Shown here in pieces: positions 52,286-64,000 of a DNA stretch of 64,000 bases; within the stretch, counting starts at the first letter, position 1, and the number at the start of each line of letters is the position of its first letter. Source of the stretch: Azolla caroliniana (Eukaryota > Plantae > Polypodiophyta); assembly GCA_043228905.1 (NCBI GenBank), contig JBHGNT010000007.1:19220001-19284000 (forward strand), read 5' to 3'. The translations under genes and the position numbers were made by a program. The notes under the pieces were generated by a model that saw nothing but the letters and a program-made list of their open reading frames with translations, was not told the origin of the DNA and searched no databases.

Positions 52286-55200
52286 CTTCTTCTTTTTCCA
52301 CAAAAGAATATACTCCATTAGTTAAAATATACACAAACTCGATCCCTTTCTCGGGTAGGCCTTGCCTAGACTATCCTATCCTACATAAGAAATCTCACTT
52401 ATTTATCTTACCCTTCACATGTGTCTCTAGCCATCCATTCATACACATAACCTATATTCACTATCCCACATGACATCTCTTTCACGCCCCTCATTCAACT
52501 AATGGGAGGGGGGAACAACCATCTGGGTACTACATACTTCCACTATATCCATTCCATTTGCTGTGACCAACGGTGTAGTACACCACCTCTTTCTAAAATT
52601 CAGCCTCATTAATTTTGCAGCATCATCAGTACCATCAATCTGCTCATATTGAGCTCTTAGTGTAGTTATTAATGTGTGCCAGATTAGCTTAATCGATTAA
52701 CCTAGAGGGCGTTTGTGTATTGAAAATACCCTGGTACACCTTGTTGTCTATATACACCATATGGTAATGGGGGCAAGCAACGTCCAAAGATCTCCAAGTT
52801 TTTGATTTTGTGCACTAATTGTAGGTACCCTATTGTCAGTGATAAACCGAACAATGCCATTCTCCCCTCTATACTTAGCATTGCATGTGCTATCGTATTT
52901 CGCCACATTATCCTCAAGACAGTTCCAACAAGCATGTCCCTAGTTGAGGGTGAACAAACTAGAGGCATGACAAAGCAAACGTAGTGCCCTTCCCCATACA
53001 ACCACTGCCTCGCGACATTCCCATAGACAATGGGAAATGCTTTCTATTTGTCCACATGCAATACATCTAGGGTCTACATTGGGGCCTTTACCCCACATCC
53101 CTACCGACAAGGCTCTATGTGCAATAAGCCTTAAACACATCATTATCTTGCGGTCATAATTGTCATGCCACATCATTTTCCAGAATTGATCAAGTCTCAT
53201 TTCACTACTGACCTCTTGTATCCAAAATTTCTTTGTTGCAATCTTGTCGTGTTCTTGTTCTAGAATAATTTGCCTCCCAATTTTTGTGTTGTACCTGAAA
53301 AACTGAACCAACTTTGCCCCATCATCAGCTCGTCCTTGAGTTCTCCAGAAATACATCGTTAGGTCCCATGATAGCTGATCCAAATGCCCTTCTATAGGCC
53401 AACACATTGTCGCCGGTGTGATCTCCCTTGGCTTAGGGTCAATAATCATATCCTTTCCATTTTTTTCTACCAGCCTAATTGGCCTTTCTCTGTGATTGGT
53501 TGGTTGCTCATCTCTTACCATTCCGTGCTCTAGTTTGTAGTAACATGCCTCATTTGATTCTGCTTTCAGTTCCTTAATGCCAATTAAACAATTCTCGACA
53601 TCTATAAGTCCTATCCACGCAATTTCAGAGGTAGTTATTTCTTCCTCTTCCAAGGTATGCCTGTAGCATGCAACGACATTTATAATTCTCTTGAGCATGC
53701 CTTTACCCCTGCAACTCCATATTCTAGCCTTGTGAGTGCCCACCTCATTAGACAAAAACCTCTCCCACTCCACCAATGCATTCCCTTGGGCATTGATTAA
53801 CTCAAGCCATTTGAAGCCTGCTTTTTGTCCTATCATCAGCCCATCCACATCTTTAATCAATGGGTTCCACATAATTGGCATGTACATCCGAGCATATGCA
53901 TCATTTCTCCACCGACATGTGATCCCCTTTCTAATTTCTTGCTGACATGCTTTCATAATTCCAATAGCACAAGGACTTTGCATACTTCCCCAATATTTGG
54001 GTCTCATTTCTGGCACAAAACCCCAAAAGGGGCTGCTTGGCTAGCGTCCACCCTGTCTTGGCAACCACATCTTCCATCTGCGTTGCCATAGAACTTCCCA
54101 AGGTGCCTCAAGAGGTTGTAAGCTCCTTACCACTACTTTGCCTAGCAAGGCCTTCGTTTGCACCACGGGATCTATCAATCCCACCCCACCTTCACTTTTC
54201 CTTTTTATAAGTGTGGTCCAAGCAACCTTTGCACATGCCTGTTTTTCCTCCATGCTCCCCCATAAGAAATTTCTAATAATCCTTTTTATCAATTTCATCG
54301 ACTTCGGCACGATTATCCAACATGCAACAATATGCCATATCGTGGCCATTAGAATCTGATTTGCAGTCGAAATCTTGCCTACAAAGGACACTTTTCTTGC
54401 ATTCCACCATATTAGCTTTGCTTTTATTTTGTCCACTAGTAGATTGTAGTGTTTTGTTCGATCGATGTCCATACCAATTTCGAAGCCCAAGTATCTAGTA
54501 GCTTCTGCTCACCTCAACCATCTAAACTTGTGTCAAGGGCCCAATTTAACACGAGCTTATTACTGATCCAAATGCCCACTGATTTATTCCAATTTATTTT
54601 AGCATCCAATCCCCTACAAAACTCATCAATTGCATTTTGCAATCTGCCCAAGTTGTTTGCATCACCCTTGACATAGATCGTTGTGTCATCAACATATGCC
54701 TTATCAAGCACCATACCTTCATCATCGGGCAAGGAAAGGCCTTGTATTTGCCAAGATCTATCAACAATTTGATAATGCAAAGCTTCTGTTGCAATGGGCA
54801 TCCTTGACGTACCAAACATAACATCTTAAAGCTCTTCCCCATACTTCCAGCCATTAAAACCTAGCTAGATGCACCTCTGTAAAAGGCACCCATTCCAAGG
54901 ATCTATTGTTGTTCAAAGCCTAGGGCTGCCATCACTGCTTCTAGAAATTCCCATGAAATCCTATCATACACTTTTTCAAAGTCAAGTAGCATTACTGCTA
55001 GGTTCACTTCTTGCTCCTCCGCCCATGCTGAGTATTCCCAGAATGTTATCACATTGTCAACAATGCTTTGGTTTTCTAGGAAGCCAGTTTGCGTTGTATG
55101 TATAATGTCCCCAAGTATCGTTTTCAATCTCTTACTTACAACTTTGGCCATTATCTTATAAGCATTGGTGAGAATCGTCAATGGTCGCCAATTATCAAGT

Positions 55201-58200
55201 GTTGTTAGGTCTTTGCCATCCTTAGGTATTAAATAAATCATTCCTCTACACATTGTTGTGGGTATTAATCCTTCTACCATAATGTATTGCATCCCTGCCA
55301 ACATGTCATGCTTAATTAGATCCCAATATTTGATGTAAAAGTATATAATAAGTCCATCAATTCCCGCACAGCTTTGTTTGTTCATATCCCCAATAACATC
55401 CCACAATTCATGCATACCTATAGGGGTATTTAGTTGGTCCATCATCTGAGCCGTAACTTTCCTTGGTATCCTATTTATTATATTTCTAAAGCCTGAAGAT
55501 AAAATCATTGCCGGCCACAACCGGTTTGTGTGTGCGGAATAATAGTCAATCTAATGGAGAGGAAAATCAGAATACAAAAACTGAGAATGACACAGATTTT
55601 AACGTGGAAACCCGAACTGGGAAAAACCACGTGGAGTCCACAACTCCGAAACAGAACACTATGAGAGAAAAAGGAATACAATCAGAGATCTCAGAGGCAA
55701 CGACCTCGAGATCCTGCTTCGCCTACAGGCGGCTATGGAGCTCACACACTTCCACTCTCACCGTTCACTCTCACAGTTACAGAGGCCACGACCTCGACAA
55801 CAGTAACTTTACAATAATACACACACCTGTAACATGATTGCCCTAAGTACTTATATACTAATGTAAAATTTCGACTATTTACAAGTTTAGCCTTCCGTGT
55901 TGGCTATCTCCACGATTTCCGGTTTCGGCCTTGGCCGAGTTGCTCATCAACACAGTTCTTCTCATTTCCCATCCGGAGGGACCTGTTTCCTAACAAAGCC
56001 AACCTGATCAATTAGTTTCTCATTGCATACATTTAGTAGTTGAGTATAATAGCTTGTGGTTATTTCAAGCATTTCTTCTTTGCATGTGGTCATTGTGCCA
56101 TATGTCTTTTTTAAACAGGAAGGTTGAATCCCGGATCCTTTGAATTTAACAGCTTCAAAAAATCCTTTAGTAACCCAATCTCCTACCCTCATCCAACTTG
56201 ATGCCTTACTTCGATAGACATAAGTACTCCTAAGTTTTTTGGTACATCTATAATTTGCTTTTGGCCTCCTCTAGTCGAGCCTCAATCCATACATTATGTG
56301 GGTATAATTCTCTTAGTCGTTGCATAGAATCGAGTGTCTATTGCATTCCCTACCTTTTCTCCTTTATATCTCTTTTCTAATTTCAATAGCTTTCTGCCGA
56401 AAAAACCGTGCACATTCCTCAAGTTTCCCAGCCAACCTATGAGCAGGGTCAAGGTACCTCCATTTGTATTAGACCATATTTTCCGTATATCATCAGTCCA
56501 TTTAGTATCCATAACCAATTCCTTGCTCACCTTCAGATTATGTGGCTTGCATCGATTGTTTTCTTGTATGTGCAACAGAACTAGGGCATGATCAGAGAAC
56601 GTTGTAATAGGACAAATAATGCATATGCCTTTCCTATCCATGAGTCGAGGGTCCAAATACCGTTTGTCCAGCCTGGACATCGTCCTCCCATGCACGGTTC
56701 CTCCTACTCTAGAGTATCGAAGAGATTTTTCTTTTTGCATTTGAAATTTAAGTGCATTCCAACAGTCTATCACATTGTATACTAAACAAAACTTATCCCA
56801 TGCATACTTCTCCCCCACTACACCATGCCATTTGCATTTACTCTTCTATCATATGGATGCTCCACCATATTAAAGTCTCCTCCAATGATCCACAACTCAA
56901 CATTTGGTTTCTTGGCCACTTGTTGCAACTAGAATTCTTGTCTTTCAACAGTTGAATTTGGGGTATATATGTTCAGTATGCCCAAGTGCCCACAACTATG
57001 TTTTATCCTTATATAGACAACATGACCCTCTATTAAACTCCCCCTACATGTACAGTCAGCAGTAAACTTAACTTTCATAGCTATAAGTACTCCCCCATGA
57101 ATTTGTCTATCCCTCGTAGCTGTTGACCATGTATTGGTCCAATTCCCAGGGCAAATGCTTCCAATTTTATCAATCTTATCCCCATCTAGTCAGTGCTCCC
57201 GCACCATGATAACATCAGGCACCGCTGCCTCAGTGCAACGTTGAATTTCAACAGCCAATACATTTTTTTTCATCTGGAATTGGGTGCCACTAATTCCTTG
57301 TATATTCCAAGTTAGCAAGGTAAGATTCATATAACCTGCATCTTCTGTGGCCCGACCAATGCATTTTCAACTTCCATTATGGTAGCTAAAATCCTATCTT
57401 GGAGATTTTCGTCTTCCAACTGTGTCAACATTTCAGGGATGTATACCATGAATTCCGTGATCATTTTAGGAAGCTTCCTAAATTTCAGATTTATGTAGCA
57501 TATCCCTTGTTCATTCGCCTTGCTCGAACTCCAGATCAAGGCATCTTTCCATTGCCTTTTCATCTTCACCCCTATTGTGGTACCATATGATGAATCTACA
57601 TGAACATCCATTTGTTGTTCCAAACATCCAGTGCTTCTTCTCTACTGTGTGGTTCCTTATTTCCAATGGCCAAAATATAGGACAGACCATCGATCTGTCC
57701 TTCATCAATACATTTACCATATATATTGACTCTACACATGTTGTCCTTCTTCATCTCACTTCCACATATTTCCTTGAACCACTTTTTGCTTGTCAATTTC
57801 AGTTTGATTTGTTGTCCAATATTCGAGAGGGGGGGCTCGTTGGATTGAAGATTCTAGTTCACTCTCGGCCATTTACGCATCCCTTTATTTTTCTCCATCC
57901 CCTTCCCCTCCTCTTTTCTAGCACGCATGTGCCTTTTCATTTTTGCTATCCCCTTAATATATTGGGTTGTCACCAATGACTTAGCTTGCTCTTTCAAGGG
58001 GCTTACGACCTTTCCTACATTTAATTCTCCTACCTCATCCATACTTTCATGAAGCATCTGGTCAATATCATCCCCTACCAAGTTGTCTTCATGTTGTAGT
58101 TTCTGCATATCATTAATTGCTTCCACATAATTGCTCTCATGATTCACCTTTGTTCTTGCTTCCCTTTCATTAGGGTTGTTGTCATTGTCCTCTAAGATTA

Positions 58201-59334
58201 AGAGTGTGTATTTGTTTCTAAGTGGGAGCCATTCTTGTCCGACCATAACTTTTTGTTTGCCTTTATTGATGTTATATTTCCATCCATCTTCATTCTTAGT
58301 CATTGCATGGTTTATTCGTTGATTATTTTGTTGCATCAGGCTTGCTTTGCTTTTCCACCTTGCTTCCCATTTCCATGATGCATGTTCTCCTTACCTATTG
58401 GGAATTCTCGGGCCCTATGTCCCATCTGTCTACATGCAAAGCATTGCCCTGGGAGTCCCGCATACTCCACAGTTTGTACATGGTCAGACGTTTGTTTACT
58501 GCTCAACAACATCGATTGCGGTAGGGTCTTTGCATCCGAAACAATTAGTTTGATCCTCGGTGTTTCACTTATTCTCTCTGCTAGAGTTTTTTCCAGGCAT
58601 TGCCCTACCATACTTTTGCCAATGGCCGGGAGAAAGGACTCCCATTGCTTAGGTAAACCAGGGAAAAAGGTCGTTACCACTGTAGGATTGCCTATACAAG
58701 ATCAACTTTACACATGTCAAAGTTTGCATCCCAATTGAATACATAGGCTCTTGCATTGTGGCAAATCAATGGGCTACTCTCGACAATTTTGCATATATTC
58801 GTTTCAGGCATCACTGTGACATGGTAGAACCCCTTTCCCATAAATGCAATGTCCTTCAATCTGCCAAGGTCTTCTTGTAAACAACTTTGCAGCCAGTCAC
58901 ACAATATTGCTCTATTAGGTCGACTACCCACCACTTTCACCACAAAGGATTCTAGTTTAAGATGTATTAATTCACTCTCCATAAGGCATTCTTCTTCCGA
59001 GGAGAGAACAAAGGCTCCCATTACTTGCATCGAGGGACCATTTCGACAGTCCATCCCTTCTATTTCCTGTTCTATTTCAGCATCAATGTGATTATATAGA
59101 TGTTCTTGACATACATGTGTCCCATTGTTGTCCAGTAGGTTTTGGGATGATGTTCGTGCAGGCTCTGAAGTAGCCGAGTCGTTGTTCGATGATCCCTTTG
59201 CTGCCATCGCTCCTCACAATTGAGTTGTCGTCGTCGTTTGATCCTCCCTCTACTATCGACGCCTCTAATCTCCCGTTGCCTCGAGCGTGAGCCTCTGCTT
59301 TTCAATAAAAAGCAATCTTCTGTTTCGAACAATA
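52286..59334 (-). mobile_element. full-length decayed L1-clade LINE (ORF1 ~59207-57327; ORF2 EN-RT-zf-RVT from 57330 to ~52600)
   Basis: 15-bp TSD AGATGTTTTTAACTT (52271-52285 and 59335-59349). ORF1 zinc knuckle CFACRQMGHRARE. ORF2 motifs MNLTLLTWNIQG, SDH, NWRPLTIL, QTGF, LDFEKVYDRI, VRQGCP, YVDD, and zf-RVT CIACGQIESISHCLWEC. Multiple stops and frameshifts. Confidence 0.93.
55494..55995 (-). mobile_element. copia solo LTR (502 bp) inserted in L1 ORF2, related to the LTRs at 30586 and 34326
   Basis: TG...CA ends and perfect 5-bp TSD AAGCC (55489-55493 and 55996-56000). Minus-strand start TGTTAGGAAACAGGTCCCTCCGGATGGGAA matches the 30586 LTR start. Confidence 0.93.
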
Positions 59335-59989
59335 AGATGTTTTTAACTTTTGAAGGTATACTTTATCAAGTAAAGTGAAAAAGGCATAAGAGTAAACTTC
59401 ATGCAAACCGTAATTTGAACAATGATACAAGCAAAGTGGGAAAGGCAATAGACAAATAGAAGTTTGACAATAGTCAATTTTCCCCTTGAGGGGAAGCTCC
59501 TCCATTCCAAGAGTTATTTTATGCTTAATGAATAAATATTTTGCCCACTTGTTTGGTGAAGATATCAATCACATTGTCATTTGTGCTACAATATTGCATT
59601 GGCAAGTTGAATTGGCCATGAAGACAAATTATTAATATGTAGATGTGAAAAACAAATTATTTAGGATTATTAAATATTGCGTACAAGGCCCAATAACACT
59701 TAATCCATAAGTATCGTGTTCTTTGTTCAAGGGCTAGGGCCAATCGAGATGTTTTATTTAAGAATAAACCATCAAATGCATTTACATACAACCAACTTTT
59801 GAATCATTTCCTTAAATGTGTGTGTAGAGAAAGGGAGAAATGAAGTTTTATTTTCTATCTATGAGACCACCTAGTCTACTAGATGATCACATGATATACA
59901 TATTGATGCCTAGAGAGAGAGAGAGAGAGAGAGAGAGATATTAGATTAGATATATGCATAGAATCTTGTATGTCTCCTTTGACCTAATA

Positions 59990-60350
59990 AGAATGGTTAC
60001 TAGTACTACTCTTTAGTAAAAATTGACAATGAAAATAATGCACAACAAATATATGCTCACCCTTTTTGGTGGAGATTTGAGTATGACACTTAAATGATCA
60101 CTCCCATATAATAAGTCATCATGTTTCTCATGAATTACATTACATATTGATGCGTGAAGTAAGTCATGTTCATCCTCCACTAGGTTTTCATTGCATGTCT
60201 TCATACTTGGATGATAATGTCATGTCTTTGGTAATATACCTCAATGATAGCATACTTCATAACATCACACTAGAGCTCCATATAGATATTCTAGTTCCCA
60301 TATTTTTAACCATGTCATGATGTCAACCACCCAACCAGATGAAAGAATTT
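59990..60350 (-). mobile_element. RTE-like LINE 3'-end fragment
   Basis: C-terminal-like TCNENLVEDEHDLL...ICNVIHEKHDDLL, similar to 62370-62520. Confidence 0.5.
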
Positions 60351-61349
60351 GCTCTTATTAGTTTTTATACCTTGCATTCATAGATTGACATATTCACATT
60401 TGCGGGGCCTCCCCCGCAAATGCATACAAATGCGAATTCATGTAAAAGTATTCGTTTTCTTTTTTCTTTTTTGAAAAAAAAATCGTTTTTTTAATGTTAG
60501 CAAGTGAGCAAACAACCAGCAAAGAAGTCACACCTTGCATCATGTATGTGATGCTTACACCCTCGCGCCCCCTTGCATCCTGCTCTCGGCTTGCAAATTA
60601 GGGCTTTGGTCAAAAACCCTAATTTCGACCATATTTCCTCTTCTCGGCTTGCATCCTCGCATCTCCCCTACATCCTTTGCACGGCGCCTATATCTTATTC
60701 TCGGCTTGCAAACTTAGGGTTTTGCTGAAAACCTAATTTCAGCTAAAACCCTAATTAATTAATTATTATTGAATTAACCAATATTAAAATGATTTTTTTT
60801 TAATGAAGATTCACCTTGGTATTAATGGAAAGATGTTGAAAGGCTACAACGAATTCATACAATATATTTTAACCCTCATATCCACATCAACCAGCATGTC
60901 AAGTATAAAAAGCCCTCATGTAGGGTTGTTCCAAGACGGGGGGAGAGAGGATTAATCAATGTTTAAATGAATTAATTAATGTTTTAGTGAATTAATTAAT
61001 TAACAGAGAATTCAAATTTTTATTTTTTTTTATGCAAAATTAAAACGAATGGTTCTATAATATTCTTAGGGCCATTTTGTATTCTCGAATTCTTGGTCTT
61101 ATAATACATTCCATGTATTTGTCAATGGGACATAAATTCCAATATATTTGAAGCTTTGCACCATGTGGATTGGTTCTCCTTGTATGTAAAAGTGGGGCAA
61201 TCTCTTGGTTGCATTGCATTTGTTGTTATCATTCTGTTTCGTCCATGTTAATCATTAGCATGTTGATTTGATATATAATATTTCCAATACATCAAGTGTT
61301 GCATATCATCTAATGTATACCAGAATAACACAACATCATAAACTTAAAG

Positions 61350-62720
61350 GAGCATAAAAATAAGCTATTATATGAATCTATTTTTTTTGTTGCAACCTTA
61401 TTTACTAATTTTCTCCTAGTTCATTTGTGCATAGAACAAAAAGTATGGGAGAGAGTGGACCACTTTTCTTGACCCCCATGTTGCTCAAAAAGTACTCCGA
61501 ATAACCACTATCCATTTTCAATTGGCATCTAACTTGCTTATATAATTGTGCTACAACTACTCTATATTATAATGGTAGAGATTAAACTATCATTCTTTTC
61601 CAAAGCTCACTCTTTGGTACAATGCTAAAGCTTTTCTTGAACTCCACAAAAAATAATATATCATTTTCTCTTGAAGTTGATTTTCTTCCATAATTTCTCT
61701 GAAATGACAGTTGTTATCCATTGGCGAGTTTGTCATCTTGTCCATTTCAAGAGCTCATTTGTTATTGAAGTTGTACCCAACACATTGCCATTCAACATTG
61801 ATTTTGTCCCTCTATTAACGTCTTCAATTGACACAAATTCATAGTAAATGCATGGGTACCATTGAGAATCTTTAGGTTTATGCAATTTATAAGCATGTGC
61901 ACAAGTGGCCTACCATAGTTAGACATAACAAAATCTTTTGCGTCACTTTTTGAATCTAAAATAGTTACAACTTACACTATAATCAAGTTTCAGATTTTGA
62001 TAAGTTCCAACTATGGCATTAAAATCTTCCACAACTAGCATATTTCCAATCTTCTCATATGTAAGAATGTCAGCACACACACATCAAAAAAAAGGATCAT
62101 CACGATCTACCTCATACAAATTATAGTACTTGGATTCTCTGTAGATTGTAATTATATAATGTTACTTCAACCCACATAGATAGAGAGATAAATAGATTGA
62201 GCGAGGTTAGATTAGATTAAATATTTTTTAGCGTCCATAGAGAGGCCAATATTGACCCATGGGACCTAAGTACACAAATTTTCTTGATGTGTGTCTCCTT
62301 CCTAAGAAGGGATTTTCACACTTCAAAGCAGAAAGTATCAATTGGTGAGTAAGGCATACATATATCAACTCAACCTTCTACATGTGCTCTTTAGTGTGAC
62401 ACTCAAGTAATCATCCCCTCTTAATATGTCATCATAGCTTTCACGAATTACACTATATGTTGAGCATGTAAAAAACAATCACCCTCTGCTAGCAATTCCT
62501 TGCATAACTTATATGTCTTTATATTTCATAGATTTTGATTCCATAATACAAATTCAATCCCTTGGTTGTGTGATTGATTGTGAAGGAGTATGAGGGCTCT
62601 ATGAGAGTTCATACTTATGTTAGTAATTTGATAAGGTTGAATATAGTGTCATGAAGTTACATTGGACCATGTGTGGGTTATTGGTTTCAATGGCTCCCAA
62701 CTTTCTTTAAGTATTTTTTG
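61350..62720 (-). mobile_element. decayed RTE-like LINE fragments
   Basis: GVKKSGPLSP.LF (degenerate QGCPLSP) at ~61440-61480, EN-like LKILNG at ~61860, and a 3'-end-like segment at 62370-62520. Confidence 0.55.
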
Positions 62721-63074
62721 GATAAGCTTTTTCAACCCCACTATGTGTGTGCGTGTGTGCGTGTGTATGTTTTATGTGTCAAGTCTACAATTATATGCAC
62801 AATTATTTAAATGTGGCTGTGTAAATGCATAAATGTACTTTGTATAGGTATTGTATGTATGTGTTAATTTATATGAATGCATATATATATATATATGTAT
62901 GTATATATATATATATATGTATGTATGTATTAAAATGTGTAGGAGTACGTGAATTAGGTTATCAACATAAATGATGGCGCATGAGTGTATTTCATGTAAA
63001 TATGTATAAGTACATATAAGTGTATGTATGTATAGGTTTACGTTGTCCTGATGTGGCATGTTCAAAGATAGAAA

Positions 63075-64000
63075 TAGGGATTGACAATGGCTTGGTTCAA
63101 GCCTAAACCAGTTAAAGCAACTTAGTGGCTCGGCTCGGCTCGAGCCTTGCCAAACTGGCTCAAACTAGTTAAGTTGCTTATCTTATTTAATAAGTAGGGT
63201 TTAGAAAGATAGAAGGTAGAACTTAGAGAGAGAGAGAGAGAAATAGAAGCTCGGGATAAGTCATACTTGTCTCAGCCTTTCAGCTAGTATCAAGTGTAGT
63301 ATCTATTCATGTTAGTTTAATACCTGATATGTGGCTATCGGATAGAGAGAGAGAGAGAGAGAGCTTGCATAGTGGATGAGAATGAGGACATCCTTCTTGT
63401 TATATACATTGTTTCTTCTTTATGTACAATGTACATATAGGTGAAAACTTAGTTGAAGCTCCAATTCTCTCCGAATTGGACCTAGGACCTAGGGCATGGG
63501 GGACTCGACGTGAACGTGGTTGAGGGATGGGCAATAGCAATCGAGAGGTCCGGGAAGGGTTACATCAACTGATCAACCGTAGAAGTCTATAGAGAGAGAA
63601 AGAGTCGTGGAGGTGGGACTCGGCATTGAAGGACTTGGTGGTAAGACCGAGGGGGGTGGGAGTTATGAGGAGGAGAAGAAGAGTAGGAGGAAGTGGTAGT
63701 GATGTTTTTTGGGTTTCTTCACACCTCTAAAGGTTTTTTGTCCCAAACCGATTCACAAACCGGTTTAGGGATCAGTTTGGTTTAAGTTTGAGAACCCCAA
63801 AACGGTTTAGGATTAACTGGTTTGGGTTGGGTAAGGCCAAGCCAATTAAGCCTAAATCGAACCATGGTTGAGGGATGGGCAATAGCAATCGAGAGGTCTG
63901 GGAAGGGTTACATCAATTGATCAACTGTAGAAGTCTACAGAGAGAGAGAGAGAGAGAGAGTCGTGGAGGTGGGACTCAGAGTTGAAGGACTCATTGGTGG
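63075..64000. mobile_element. hAT-like non-autonomous element end, running off the window, with an internal ~120-bp duplication (63518 and 63865)
   Basis: Starts TAGGGGATTGACAATGG, like the TIR at 47554/47810. Contains GGCTCGGCTCG and AACCG/CGGTT motif clusters. Confidence 0.5.

Overview
Eukaryotic land-plant nuclear DNA, AT-rich and dominated by transposable elements; a seed-free plant such as a fern is plausible, but that is inference only. There are two convergent intron-containing genes. (1) An 11-coding-exon + strand gene (13113..24999, ~551 aa) with an N-terminal coiled coil and a conserved C-terminal domain that I recall from the uncharacterised Arabidopsis At5g16610 family. (2) A 3-exon - strand GT43 xylan-synthase subunit gene (IRX14/IRX14L-like, 45604..41436). 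Around them lie a chain of decayed Ty1/copia elements, a full-length decayed L1 with a 15-bp TSD that carries a solo LTR, many RTE-like LINE relics, a gypsy relic, hAT MITEs and tandem repeats. The most unusual object is a 1.67-kb insertion in an intron of gene 1. Its two ends are the same retrotransposon-like LTR+PBS in inverted orientation, so it looks like a TIR element built from LTRs. Also notable: ten TCTGCAG acceptor-like motifs in the IRX14-like leader, a DD->DA change in its nucleotide-sugar-binding motif, and PBS-less LTR/internal junctions that suggest a large recombinational deletion. All alignments were done by eye, with no database searches.
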